Virus record (IMG/VR): IMGVR_UViG_3300008952_000017 | Direction: 5' to 3' (one strand) | DNA length: 64,000 nucleotides | Source: an uncultured virus (IMG/VR IMGVR_UViG_3300008952_000017) | Taxonomy: Duplodnaviria; Heunggongvirae; Uroviricota; Caudoviricetes | Part shown: piece after piece, positions 22,701-30,421 of the stretch | Layout: each line of letters begins with the position of its first letter | Position numbering within the stretch: position 1 is the first letter of the stretch | Program-made: the position numbers and the translations under genes | Notes under the pieces: model-generated | Seen by the model: only the letters and a program-made list of their open reading frames with translations | Told to the model about the DNA's origin: nothing | Databases searched by the model: none

Positions 22701-25700
22701 TGGTGTAATGCATATTCATCCATACAGTATCACCCTGCCTCAAACCACCAGGGGCGTAAGGGAAATTCCAAGTCCTACTGAGTTGATTATCAGGATTAGT
22801 TACATTAGTGACGATGGAGAGAGTATCCCCTGCAGAGACACTACCATTAGTAACAGTAATGGTATCACCAGCCACACTATTGTGAGTGAAAGTGATGGTA
22901 CTACCCGTTCTCGTATTCTTCGCTGTATAGGTGGTGTCGCCTTTGGATATTGGTGAAGTATCACTCACTACATTCCAATTCGCTCCACCTGCTGAACTCC
23001 TAATCAAGAACTCTCCAGTGTGGGTCTTAATCTTCCTCGTATGTGGGTTAGCCTCAGGGCCAGCCTTGAACTCAATAGCACTAACATATTGACGGAGGCC
23101 GTAGTCAATGTTACCACCTTGAGTTTGTACATTCGCTCTGTCATAGTAGAAAGATTGGCGGAACTCGTTGGCGGAACTAAGCCCCCTACTATCATCCCTA
23201 ATAGGAGTACCAGTGAAATCCAAATATGGCAGCAAGGATATGGTACTACCAGGTTTAATGCTGTCAAGGAAGCCCTTGCTAGTCTCTTGAACATCGAGGT
23301 AGTCAATCGCAGCATCCGTCACGCTCTGAATCAGCCCCCATTCACCGTTAGGAGTGAAGACCCTACGATACATGGGGGCACTCCTCAACCCCTTGACCTT
23401 CCTCTCCGTACCCGATACATCAAGAGTGGTGCCAGCATCTATCCTGTCAACTAGACCATCAACATAGATACGAACATAGCCGGAGCGTGTCACCTGCGTA
23501 ATGGTAGGGGCATTGGTAGTGTCCCAATCAGCCGAGGTGATAGTCCCATCATCGCTCTTGTTACCATAAACTGTCTCCCTCAGTCTCAATACTGTCCCAC
23601 TAGTGAAATCCTCTACTACAATAGACCCATTGTGTCCATTAGCGTGCTCTATTGCAGACTTGAAGTTCTTGTTGAAATTAGTGTACCACGAACTCTGCGC
23701 CACGAAAGCACCTTGTGTCTCACCAATGATTACATTGCCATTACCATCTACATCACCAGTGGTGCCACCTTGAGAGACGATGTATTTCTTAACAGTCCCT
23801 CTAGCATCAGTGATTGTATAACTCGGTGTAGAAGTATCAGCAGAGTCACCCCAAGTACCACTATGCGATGTAATTGAGCCAGTGCCTGCTATTGGTGCCA
23901 CCACCTTGTTGATGCGGGCAGCCACCGCATTCTGCCCGTCCTTCAATCTCTTATGATACGGACCTTCGATATCCCTGTCAGGGGGGTAGAAATCTGCGGG
24001 TCTCCTACCAACTGGGTTAGGAGCCCAAGTATGTGCGGTCATGGTCGTATCAACATGAAGTTTCATGCTGTTGCCAGGAGAAGGGAAAGAACCCGCTGAA
24101 GGGTCATTGAAGAATTGGTTAGAGAATATCGGTATCTCAACCATGGCTCTAGTGCTAGCATACTGTGTTCCCAATTGGTAATCATGCGAGACACTACCCA
24201 TTGCTTGGAATAGTCTGTCATTGATAGTCGTACCATCCAGCACTATACTGTCATCACTGAACTTGTCATCTACCACGACTGTGCTACCAACGGCTAACCC
24301 AGTGGATGACTGCCAAGCAGCAAAACTGTCTAACTCAATCCCTTCAGCGTCCTTGAAACGACCAGTCCCAACATGGCCAGTACTTGAATGGAAGTAGAAC
24401 TTACCGACACTGAGTTTGAAGTACTCGAAATTAGCACCACTCTCAACATACAACCTCCCCCTCGGTGCGAAATGACCACCTGCATCCAATGAATCAGAAT
24501 TGTTACCGAGCCCTGCATTGTTATTGAGATTGGTAACTTCGACATAATGATTGCTTGAGTTATCAATGGTTCGAACCATAGCACCACCATCCCTCCTGCT
24601 ATTCCAACCCAATCTACTGAGTGTGCTCTTATCCCATGTGGGTTGAGTGAGCACAGCACCTTGCCCTGCACCCCCTAAGGTGACGCTCACCACAGGGGAG
24701 TCCGGTGACACTTCTTTAACAACCACCGAATCAGGAGCACCCTCCCCACTGAAATTGGCCTCCATGGAAGCGACATCATCCATTAGGCCACGACCGACCA
24801 TGTCAAGAGTACTACCAGCACTACCCTTACCTTCTCGGAATGAGGCTATGCGCCCTCTAGAAATGAGGAACTCCGTAGACATAACCATTGGGTCATCTAA
24901 GGTGTCAATGGTCTTATTGAACACTAATGACCTAGTGCGGTCAGAAGGTTGGACAATGACAATCACATCCGAGCCTGATTGATAATTGGTAATGACATCA
25001 AATACCTCGAACAATCGGTTAACGAGATTACCTGCACCCTCATTACCCGAGGTAGCAGAGAGAGCAAACTCATCATCTGTAGAGATTAGAGTCTTGGCTA
25101 TTGTAGTGTTTGGTCGCATTATCATCTTATGATAAACAGAAGGGTGGGTACTATCACTAGTATGAGCAGAGGCGATACCCAAAGGAGGGAACTGAGGGTC
25201 GTCTGTGGCGACACGAGGAGTATAATTAGAGGGTATCATGCTCTTATCTAATTCTACTTCATAGAGGGTCCCTCCTGTGTTATCACCTGTCAATAAGTAA
25301 TTGCTCATCTCTGCAGGTAGACTCCTCAGTGCAGTCAATGAAAAGTTGAGAAGTCCGCCTGGGGAATTGAGTGTCTTACCAGCAGAGATAGCACCTGCTA
25401 TCGTCGCTGCTACTCTCTTCCCGTTAATGACAGAGCCACCAGCAGGTACTGTCTTCTGCACTAGTAAACAAGGACCTGAAGTGCCCATCGTATCACCAGT
25501 CAAGTCGACTGCATTGTAGTGTACCTCTACTAATGGAAAGTCTGCATCACCAGTCTCCAGCACAGCGATACGGGATGTCTCCTCAGGAGTAAGATGTAGG
25601 TTGTAGACATCGTCATTCTGAGTGACACCATCTATAGGGTAACCCTTGAGTAAGAAAGGACGTGCATCAAACCCTGACCCACCTATGGCTATGATTCCGT

Positions 25701-27390
25701 CTCTATCAGGGTCTAAGGTAGAGAGCCCGTTCCTTATCACTTGCTTAGCAGTAGAGGAAGTAATCATACTACGTGGACTGGTGTGAGCACCGGACTTGTA
25801 GACAGAGATAGGGGTGTTCACTGGGACTTGCCCCTTCAGTCCAATGTTGTTACCATCGAATACCACCTCGATTATATCGGCTAATCCGTCCATTGTTTGA
25901 GTGACAGTCTCTCGGCCCTCAGGGAACACCCTAAGAAAATCATGACCTGTCACATAATTGAGGCAGTGTCTTGCTGTGTGCCCTACTTGAAAACGGTCCT
26001 TGGTAGTGCCCCAATTAGCACTAGAGACACTATATGGATTGTTGGTGGTATTGTTGATACTCATACTACGATTGAAGAGATAGCCATGGAACCCATGGGG
26101 GCCATCATCCTTAACCACCACACCGGTAGTGTCAATGCCTTGGCTACCCATGCCATGCATCTGAGTGAAATCATCTGTACCTGTATCGACAAGAATATCT
26201 GACTTAATCAACACACAAGTACTATCATGAGATAAATTGTTAGTAGAGTTAAACGCTGTGCGGGCATGTAATACCCCCCGAGTCCCTGTATCTGTAGATG
26301 TCTCAAAGTCTAAGTGCACGCTATTCACAGTGATTCTATTCGTACTAGCGTCAAGTTGGGTTATTCTCACTCTCTCTGGTGCACTGTTGTTAGGCTTGCC
26401 CGTCTTAACATCTGTCCCTGTCGCGTTGATAATTAGGTTCCATGGGGTATGGTCTACATCTATGACTTGAGCACCACCACTGTGTGTATTAGTCGCTACC
26501 TTGTATTTCCCAAGAGAAGGGACATTGTATACCCCCGACAAGGTATCACTCTTACCACTAATGGTTTGATACATCGTCTGTATCTGAACACTATCGAATG
26601 TGAGTGTAGTATCACCTACACTTGCATTAGACTTGATGTAATAGATATCACCATCTACTTCTATGTCCTCCTCGAAGCGCCACAGGCCTATGGTAGTGTT
26701 ATCCTTAACTGACGGAGTAAGTTGTATTGATGACGTGTCTACATCTCTTCTCCAATGAACACTCTCTATGTAACCACGGAACTGCCCTCCCTTCCCCCCA
26801 ATAAGGAAATCTGAGGCAGTGACATTACAAGTCACCTTATTGTGGATTTTAGTAGAGGCTACAGTAACACCATTGATGACTAGATAGATGCGCTCACGGG
26901 TGAAAACACCAGCCACGTGAATGAGAGGAGCACTGGTCCTACTAAGGTCGTCATTACCTAGAGTGCCATGGGACTTGATAGGGAAGAATACACCATTGTA
27001 ACCTCCTGTTATCTTCTCTGCACTATCGACCCTGTAGACCTTCCTTTCCCCTTCACTATCTTGAGCAGTGACAGTGAAAGAGGCACTACTAGGCTCCTTG
27101 ATACTCCCTAGTGTGAGAGTGAAGAGATTGTCCTTACTAGCAACTACCCCACCATAATCAGGTCTGACCCAAGCCTCCACAGAGAAGTTACCTAGATTAT
27201 CGAAAGCAGGGGAAGAGGAGAGACGACCATCCTCATGTCTCTTACCAAGTAAAGGTCTGGAGGAGCGACCCTCTCCCGCTCCAGCCTTGGTTGTTATCCC
27301 TGTCGCGGAAAAGTCTGACACTGAACAGGTGATTGAATCTGATACACCATTAAAGTAGAACGCACTACTGGTCTTGCCTATTACTGTCAT
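10741..27390 (-). CDS. Giant virion/tail protein (5549 aa) with N-terminal LamG/concanavalin-A domain and internal GSGYTSAPTV repeats
   Basis: FSVEAWVRP, HVAGVF, LVING, IGG..FRGYI and GLWRFEE LamG motifs at the N-terminus. G/S/T-rich repeat block at about 16780-17980. Located in the tail-tip region. Confidence 0.75.
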   Translation of the reverse strand: MTVIGKTSSAFYFNGVSDSITCSVSDFSATGITTKAGAGEGRSSRPLLGKRHEDGRLSSSPAFDNLGNFSVEAWVRPDYGGVVASKDNLFTLTLGSIKEPSSASFTVTAQDSEGERKVYRVDSAEKITGGYNGVFFPIKSHGTLGNDDLSRTSAPLIHVAGVFTRERIYLVINGVTVASTKIHNKVTCNVTASDFLIGGKGGQFRGYIESVHWRRDVDTSSIQLTPSVKDNTTIGLWRFEEDIEVDGDIYYIKSNASVGDTTLTFDSVQIQTMYQTISGKSDTLSGVYNVPSLGKYKVATNTHSGGAQVIDVDHTPWNLIINATGTDVKTGKPNNSAPERVRITQLDASTNRITVNSVHLDFETSTDTGTRGVLHARTAFNSTNNLSHDSTCVLIKSDILVDTGTDDFTQMHGMGSQGIDTTGVVVKDDGPHGFHGYLFNRSMSINNTTNNPYSVSSANWGTTKDRFQVGHTARHCLNYVTGHDFLRVFPEGRETVTQTMDGLADIIEVVFDGNNIGLKGQVPVNTPISVYKSGAHTSPRSMITSSTAKQVIRNGLSTLDPDRDGIIAIGGSGFDARPFLLKGYPIDGVTQNDDVYNLHLTPEETSRIAVLETGDADFPLVEVHYNAVDLTGDTMGTSGPCLLVQKTVPAGGSVINGKRVAATIAGAISAGKTLNSPGGLLNFSLTALRSLPAEMSNYLLTGDNTGGTLYEVELDKSMIPSNYTPRVATDDPQFPPLGIASAHTSDSTHPSVYHKMIMRPNTTIAKTLISTDDEFALSATSGNEGAGNLVNRLFEVFDVITNYQSGSDVIVIVQPSDRTRSLVFNKTIDTLDDPMVMSTEFLISRGRIASFREGKGSAGSTLDMVGRGLMDDVASMEANFSGEGAPDSVVVKEVSPDSPVVSVTLGGAGQGAVLTQPTWDKSTLSRLGWNSRRDGGAMVRTIDNSSNHYVEVTNLNNNAGLGNNSDSLDAGGHFAPRGRLYVESGANFEYFKLSVGKFYFHSSTGHVGTGRFKDAEGIELDSFAAWQSSTGLAVGSTVVVDDKFSDDSIVLDGTTINDRLFQAMGSVSHDYQLGTQYASTRAMVEIPIFSNQFFNDPSAGSFPSPGNSMKLHVDTTMTAHTWAPNPVGRRPADFYPPDRDIEGPYHKRLKDGQNAVAARINKVVAPIAGTGSITSHSGTWGDSADTSTPSYTITDARGTVKKYIVSQGGTTGDVDGNGNVIIGETQGAFVAQSSWYTNFNKNFKSAIEHANGHNGSIVVEDFTSGTVLRLRETVYGNKSDDGTITSADWDTTNAPTITQVTRSGYVRIYVDGLVDRIDAGTTLDVSGTERKVKGLRSAPMYRRVFTPNGEWGLIQSVTDAAIDYLDVQETSKGFLDSIKPGSTISLLPYLDFTGTPIRDDSRGLSSANEFRQSFYYDRANVQTQGGNIDYGLRQYVSAIEFKAGPEANPHTRKIKTHTGEFLIRSSAGGANWNVVSDTSPISKGDTTYTAKNTRTGSTITFTHNSVAGDTITVTNGSVSAGDTLSIVTNVTNPDNQLSRTWNFPYAPGGLRQGDTVWMNMHYTNPHAIDGMFCKSRGVFNQYEVWDGFTEGRGSLTTEANSTLPLENFLIGNTCRETAANFAQHVNKSISLNWQQLGYTEASVPVVAYVDPYLDTDDHARVLLYDVAHDREFIAFHDLFMQVQTSQATPTVNGLDVAAGFKSQINTSNRSDFMESAYAHRSNYLMNPSVSTHDRDFVHDHYVDFGASTIDGSTGRTAEDTVSVAQAEARHQETTTENSGNYNYNTTFFDTPDGTRAIPAFLCLKGVRATAHDLSSHAESALDNLPHWTDMDFVRRHTIDFGEVAIADGVSDIESAAAEVVRQVNQSAALQATSAGGSAHDPAAFWDTQSSASNDRGTHMGYVRAHIGRPVKDLDGREGYTVIIHSTIPGASGRNFCAWLDNSTGQVPYRPEFLIGHGGRFRNSWCLPPEGEDENMHPAPMPINKHGRPFAPITTLRQLVPTDEDESILVSNLHFGYDSAVESTDRDGNDEMTTGRAANTVYGESFEPQGESRTLVEGLRTGTRARARINFGGLVASGVPGWAPDAGKWGCGEDGQSGRFDNIYANGPTSYSAHVPNDEKSNVGDRDMYGFRFTDHRNVDHTVRLVYRQEGKPFSSKATRLPSTIENEVLIYFDDRDVSQGGFTIGKNMMGSNHPDRADFPAQSWRGNEWKGVKAPANGYAVRTQKAGSVLTLHTIVTPVPSYVDSSAGGGAIDTLGFLGFPDSGMLVYTDVGSTTTVVHYTSRTHNDDSGPHKFYGVTGPNFSSASVTQWATSSNTGIEGTSTDPAIISPSLNWTTILTDEVIAAAVEHALSVDPNDRAYLDISDMYATDGKTFKEWMGDNAKTAICVTTLNDKQYVTPLRDLFRVERRRDLGLLASCLEHTTTGTSQLTLAQLEAGKQDAVGYLPFNILDISTSARGPNTNTATPLLVNSANQAVDVSEWKRHLKGDKYMSWPGDHILPCIETHTVRTNGTVVGTTYANKKHSNKLQMKLQKHNNSGTGLAEYFLGGPLLGHRVLESSYPSYVEQRAMYIDEDTYALGFFEYDATLGVLFTFDAGATNSDGTLAFSVSSDPSFLYSQFSDEFAGYRLAGNVYGEPLTYFRGGQRSPDHSVPLYFGGGFSGLVMDINDGTQNDYTEFYSHPYAAGPTGCAGLQNVGENMGAHAILDTTAMLAMFPGTALLNQHRGENTPPFMNSDAVLAPDLKAGSSAQTLGISSSDKEAIYQDSSSTDDAVPLTHPTPVVLRFAHPYARYTDTTNEVAYVVFGPGQSVPKHFNQYTGAGTVEPAASQTVVNKVTHIQRDTANVYYSSGTPDGLYLPNQMGKSNTARTGIRRYMPPTLLYQKTHTYPYSVMRNWEPAYGSPSSHVNQGDAEDAYLITNHFGDDNNSAATAYAHPFSYGTTHHTRWHMDGGFPAGGNWFDYAVRKNPPHPTTSESTKHLPNTQTHSLDSQTITLGLQASMFRVGYVALTTYDATLSETAPPADVFIVDATRVQNSEELGAVVSAAINSYPGEGNLKAIGGTFLPSFQDAVRQDRYSWVDLGNMDSYTQGSAQLKPVNTPPPNLPANGWLRLKKLSGSADGSNTNSFYGYYSSFTGSTGGTPISALSVNSAGTGYTNGSALSFSGGGGSSAAGTIGVKFSVVSLSSSGGSGAYSSSQTSGSLTFSGGSGSGAAGTWATSSDGAPLASVTVDTAGTGYTDGAAITVSGGGGSNAAGTIQVAAKAVASLSSSGGAGAYDGNQSTGNLTFSGGGGSGAAGTYATTTNGRPVSSITVDSQGSGYTSAPTVTIGAPNIGGGIQATAAATVLGGAVKSITITAAGSGYTSAPTVGISGGGGDGADASAVLGAEVRSLSSVSLTNGGSGYTSAPSVTTSVTDGGTVTATLAATGPVSGVTLSNNGSGYTSVPTVTASGGSSLALTGVLGTTTRSLSSVSLTNGGSGYSSAPTVSTGVGGGGTVTATLANTGPIHSVTLSNGGSGYTSVPTISIGGGGSNGVIGVTLVATGFFTLGANARSNSAAVENPMVASGASSDATSLSDTYQVLVWTKAGNLRWSNGAPETLHNSVPTSDTDSIYDQLAATQVHFSGMVDAIDRTRPIGAVGWHGERYSMLNSLVVPGTSKIASGLGAWHPALGTNPYGGGMTCHSLNGYPFVTANDTSYTPAADSTSTGVHPRHYVIISNEAELPIIARADRDGLVLAGDMLDKKWNDGPGGTIKVSHSSRHNNDRFVSYAHGGPHVDAQFAGDFSIPASGNGEWAGNAATTAELVPMETCIFPTGDLFFDKVENPGLPHYPDEVPLPHVASDTTRTLEQIYDAPFTYWGQNSAVRNFLSQHIVWKRMDGGNLCMPAPSARGLGAIPWSWRKVNSSYVKFGETIYGNNRFSFETTNGAMFPVVQAQELMQPHLAEQFPIDVKNALVIPNEEIQFQAITVLDDAGQEHKVEGGSPFGTIVRDFQRVPDRDIKGPALAGSGNEPNLKIRLPDPNTIPGNLVVRSGFDRVQAYQHESVGTGGLQRPDLPDSIIKSNFDSTNTTSDTAPFFENEGYERVDTRAAEYPYSREGEIGDQSFLETSYEPHDRGLFFHLTRKGFSYTERQPLGYSSGTLTHNPLTYVSVNTTTVTVNTSVNADIWRAEQLPDGRSFFTVNGHIVSFTGVSGSTFTGCKYSTGFTASAGDTLLPSFFVPAGTTRHFAARRLRDHAEVSGESPDKKPIDWMGIATNASPASAIRSDRLTPMPIPRMGHHYITPTMAMMPGHLSHPLYQRLYNQNRAYNSSLKGIEQELGYTLVSHSLTGGSNSDGLLVEQDGVGPNALLWFSSTSSPHPPSDIHGSGFTLMTETKMKYDGYGILSTATENATGGHRLSLEAGTYYRTHWNFPDPMETGAYQIIIQPNLYSQQLMGFNENYDFGADSGTKYPLLTDQQVATVVALQWNGTDYDFILAEAIQADVRGCEVYLNEVMLDIDPSPNQQFTNLPPLALYNPLGINENTSPIWSRKSLPYRPGMFRMASPGYTITVPWWAPALKSSDSLDASNAYRMVEWHRPEDYYLFSRSGYGSIGSQNVMKGYPSHFLHPYTHSYMSHVAITTVKATDQGNTQLIVENNSLFPEVGSRYMGHRLLVKGSDGISYLASYTHRGVSSGAASQTTNVFYGVTADDATQFWAACTAGAKIKLTGEHGTYLPSEVYTDKTASVLAQIITDLQDGTQDTQTGHLPDAYLSMWHYNLGRPMTFYSDSRSNIGDAAVDKKPYNHLPEHFETIRYQNFTYAVSDGPFDFRGFARSTTSGPTDNSASPDTLSTPQSRTDTHMGSDKKHHYGAFWPGGSRFGAQGSDLALWGTAGPGWGRYWDNSVVYQESGTAGQYEVRARNAITDSIDSTTHLRHASFGYRFCVRQAPNRPKWALWSTQAFDDKYVNNHSGYRFGAYVQSDAVTTTQFSYTSSLGSGTSAIASGHVGMLERLTNASALVGSDLKLQQVKYSHGRRMTRPFGCAVRNYIAHDVDSSAGGPHPVVRAHQGDWLGNMGSIGGAALPTACKAPRRGLAPAIAHYMTDWWGNTTGEEVRRFPIRGFGVRPAWDPEDSYRATDRTKTPQTFAAPANNGLSRANLDLFDPATAKRVGDRGDGRGVRWPTVFNEDVLQDVDIEIASSGLMLSHATSEPPKGVGYVRPRNDSLQITEVKRGISSRLDVAADDGLLKPEAMAGANVEKATADLLPASETLQEPISRIAPRIGLDVITVGEVNDTSQHDYVAIATEAHSLHTDRGAGKRYILAAGVKTDTRALDDYRLDSLNFSNFKQVMRLNHTHGLWPLGGNLIMDLANYMEPISDLGWGNSDVSGSNPVHKTSNPYQTADHNSKSYRTNDKDRTMRFLIRPVRVLDHRHVEVFRDTSHALSGTAAGRYGVFSYDTPNARAVTSSKFLRVTNPSATNAPYPPTYFFTSDSYTVPSSTGPRIQGSESSSFSNSLKQSIARIVVANNTLQHMRADAAREGDFSIQPRYTQSIYPGDNLNKSAHGSESSRSDNEVNG
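16780..17980 (-). repeat. Intragenic nested repeat block (GxGYTSAPTV-type units)
   Basis: About ten related units. Near-identical 45-bp copies at about 16959-17003 and 17189-17233. Confidence 0.85.
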
Positions 27391-28575
27391 TCACACACCC
27401 ATAATCAAGTCTAACGGTTGGAACGTGATTGAAGCGTCATAGGTAGTGTTACCTGCATTATATTTGAACTCCAATGACGTGACCGTCCCCCTAACACCAG
27501 TATATTTGCTCGAAACATCGAATTCAATGGATGAGTCTTGTGTATTACTAGCAGCACCCTTACTCTTATTCCCGAAACCAGTAGCATAGATGAAGTTCTT
27601 ACCGGTGTATGATTGAGGAGTAGTAACAGATGTGGTCCCAGCCACAGCACCGGAGAAGGAGTTGTAAGGTAGTTGCAAACCAATGATGTAGTCATTGACG
27701 TAGCCAGGGTCTGCGGTGTTACCAAGGATATCGAGGTTCATTGTGGCACTATCGAACAACAGACCACCCACCCCACCAAGAACAGTGTTGTTAGCGACAG
27801 AGCCCAACAGGTTCTGCACTTTGTCCCCTGCCGAGAAGCAATCCTGTGCAGAGCCGCCGAAAAAATAGGAAATGCTAGGCTGGCTAGAGGTCCCTGCAGG
27901 GGACCATATAGGAGAGGCTGTGATGGCACCCATGCCACCTTTATTGACCATAGTGAGTTTCACTCGACTCTTCTCTGAACCAGTGTCTCTCAATGTGGCC
28001 TCCAATGTGGCAGTGACTAAGGCGTCCCAAGTACTATTGGCTGCTATGAGGGTCCTGACACGGCCCGCTAGAGTACTACCTTTGTCGTCCGAAAGGTTGT
28101 CTATGCGAATACCCATATCAGCACTATCAGTACCTGAGTCTGCAGTGCTGTTGAAGGTTATAGTGAGAGGAACTTCCTCTCCGTCGGCGTTGCGAGCGTT
28201 CACTGTCAAAGTAGAGCCACTGAGACTTGTTCGGGATTCCGGTCCACCATCACCTGTCATCAAACGGGTCTTGAGTACAGGTGTGATTTGACCATAGTCA
28301 TCTGTAGTCTCCATACCTGATATAGTCTGACTGAAGTCAATCGAGCCGAGAGCACTAGTTACACTCGCCGTTATGTCAGGACAGTTATCATCCTTAATGA
28401 TGCAATTCAAGCGTATAGAAGTAGCAACCATGTTAAGGTCACCACCAAAACGTTCTGCAGTGAATGGTACCGGTACAGTTGTGACGTTACGGTTAATCTG
28501 AATCATGTAGTCAGTGCAATCAAGGTTGATGAGCACCCCATCCCTTCTGACCAAACGCACTCCTAAACCAGCCAT
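27391..28575 (-). CDS. Distal tail (Dit-like) protein with inserted domain
   Basis: 394 aa directly after the TMP. N-terminal (GGDLNMVATSIRLNCII) and C-terminal (GTVTSLEFKYNAG..YDASITF) strands typical of tube-fold hub proteins, flanking an insert. Confidence 0.55.
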   Translation of the reverse strand: MAGLGVRLVRRDGVLINLDCTDYMIQINRNVTTVPVPFTAERFGGDLNMVATSIRLNCIIKDDNCPDITASVTSALGSIDFSQTISGMETTDDYGQITPVLKTRLMTGDGGPESRTSLSGSTLTVNARNADGEEVPLTITFNSTADSGTDSADMGIRIDNLSDDKGSTLAGRVRTLIAANSTWDALVTATLEATLRDTGSEKSRVKLTMVNKGGMGAITASPIWSPAGTSSQPSISYFFGGSAQDCFSAGDKVQNLLGSVANNTVLGGVGGLLFDSATMNLDILGNTADPGYVNDYIIGLQLPYNSFSGAVAGTTSVTTPQSYTGKNFIYATGFGNKSKGAASNTQDSSIEFDVSSKYTGVRGTVTSLEFKYNAGNTTYDASITFQPLDLIMGV

Positions 28576-30125
28576 CAGAATCTACCTCTCGTCGGAGAAC
28601 CGCCCTGCCTACGTAGTTCTTGGGTGAGCATGTCACCTATCTCACGAGCAAGAGCACGCTTATCGCTACGGTCTGTAACTCCACTCACATTGATGTTCAT
28701 AGTAATGGCTTGCCCGCCCATTTCGTGATTTGGTGTGATATTACCTGATGAGCCTGGAGTGAATAACTCAGGCCCCCTCTCTCCTACTATGTAGGGCTGA
28801 CCACCAGTAACCGGTCCTCCTTCAGCCCTACCAAGGAGCCCACCAACACCACTTACTAGTCTTGTGTGAACGCCACCTAGGATAGGAATACCGCTTATGG
28901 TATCATCAATATCTTGCGCAAACTCGAGGACTAAGCCCTTGATGTCAGCAAGTCCCTGCTCGAAGTTCTGATAGAGAGAACTCATGAAAGTTATTGGCCA
29001 CATGACGACCACCGCCGCAAGACGCACAATCGAAGAAACGAAATTGAGAAACAGACCAGTTATTTCGGATAAGATAGCCGCTATACCATCTTTCAACCAA
29101 ACTAAGCCATTCCAAATCTCATCCCTTTTGCGGATGATTAACGCAATAAGCCCTAAAACAGCAGCAATTGCTAGTGCCACGCCAAAGCCGACAGCCGCCG
29201 GTAAGAGGAGGAATAAACCAATCGCTATGAGTATAACAGCAATCACCGTACGGATAACAGCCCATAGGTCACTACCAGCACCACTTGCGACTGAGACAAG
29301 GAGTGCTAACCCGCCTACAACAGCCATGACACCACCAACTACAACCCCGAAACTTGCGGCGATATATCCTGTCTTAGCGACTAGAATGCCAGCAAAAGCA
29401 CCGAAAGTATACCCAGCGTAAACAAGAGCACCTGTCACTCCCAAAATGCTATCTTCTAGGTAATGATAGACCGCACCGGCTGCTATCAAACCCGCAACAA
29501 GGAAACCAATAGTTGCAGAAAAGACTACAGCCACGACTGTCCCAACTACTAAAGCAGCAAGGAACCCATCTAACAACGAGCCCCCACCTTCGCCGGTCAA
29601 AGACAGCACAAGACCCTCCACTACATCATGTAACGCTCCCATATTCTCTGTCATTTCAAGTAAGGGAGTATTAGCCCCTTGGAAGGCGATAGATAGTAAA
29701 GACAAGGCTAGAATGAGAGTCATTGCCACACTGAAAATAGTCATGATTGAACCAATAAGACTGGTGAGGCCCATAAGGAGTCTCTGTGTGTGCTTGTGAG
29801 CGGCCATCTTCTCAGTGTTGAGCATCCTGTATACACCTGTGGCGATACGGTTACTACGAGTGTGCTTGAGGAGGGTGTTATGCAGGAGTTTACCTGCGAT
29901 AGTCATAGATTTGAATTGCTCATTCTGCTCTTTGCCCGTCTTGAAGAGACCCTGAGAAGCCTTGGTAGTCTTGTGAAAGCCAGTAGCCAATACTACAAGG
30001 CCACCGAGGTGAGTAGATAGTGCCGCGTTCTTGAGGCGCGACATTCCGATGGCTATTTGGTCTACTTGTCTACCTAGACCCTTGAGCAGGCCAGTCTGTT
30101 GAACAATATCACTCACTTTCACCAA
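28575..30125 (-). CDS. Tape measure protein (short, with several hydrophobic helices)
   Basis: Follows the frameshifted chaperone pair. C-terminal GRAEGGPVTGGQPYIVGERGPELFTP motif typical of TMP ends. Long hydrophobic central region. Confidence 0.8.
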   Translation of the reverse strand: MVKVSDIVQQTGLLKGLGRQVDQIAIGMSRLKNAALSTHLGGLVVLATGFHKTTKASQGLFKTGKEQNEQFKSMTIAGKLLHNTLLKHTRSNRIATGVYRMLNTEKMAAHKHTQRLLMGLTSLIGSIMTIFSVAMTLILALSLLSIAFQGANTPLLEMTENMGALHDVVEGLVLSLTGEGGGSLLDGFLAALVVGTVVAVVFSATIGFLVAGLIAAGAVYHYLEDSILGVTGALVYAGYTFGAFAGILVAKTGYIAASFGVVVGGVMAVVGGLALLVSVASGAGSDLWAVIRTVIAVILIAIGLFLLLPAAVGFGVALAIAAVLGLIALIIRKRDEIWNGLVWLKDGIAAILSEITGLFLNFVSSIVRLAAVVVMWPITFMSSLYQNFEQGLADIKGLVLEFAQDIDDTISGIPILGGVHTRLVSGVGGLLGRAEGGPVTGGQPYIVGERGPELFTPGSSGNITPNHEMGGQAITMNINVSGVTDRSDKRALAREIGDMLTQELRRQGGSPTRGRF

Positions 30126-30421
30126 CTCTCCTTACTGAATGGCATAGGTGTACCCACAGCCGTACCGGCGACGGGCATCTTTGAATTAGAGGATTCGGTC
30201 TGTTTTTTGGTCTCTTCCGCTTGGTGAGCATCCGCTGCTGCAGCCCATGTGAACATCTGAGAAAACTCAGAGGGGCTGAGAGAATCTATGTCACGCAGGC
30301 TGAGAGAGTAATGCTTCATGACATAGTAAGTGGCTGAATCGACTGCCATCCCCACATCACTGACCTTCCCCTTCAGAAACTCACGTATCTCTTCTATCCT
30401 TCCAGCCCATCCGCCAAAGGG
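30119..30421 (-). CDS. Tail assembly chaperone, -1 frameshift extension (lambda gpT-like part)
   Basis: The -1 frame is open from the slippery site CCCTTTG (30421-30415) through PFGGWAGRIEEIREFLKGKVSDVGMAVDSATYY... to the stop at 30119. Ends overlapping the TMP start. Confidence 0.75.
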   Translation of the reverse strand, partial: PFGGWAGRIEEIREFLKGKVSDVGMAVDSATYYVMKHYSLSLRDIDSLSPSEFSQMFTWAAAADAHQAEETKKQTESSNSKMPVAGTAVGTPMPFSKESW

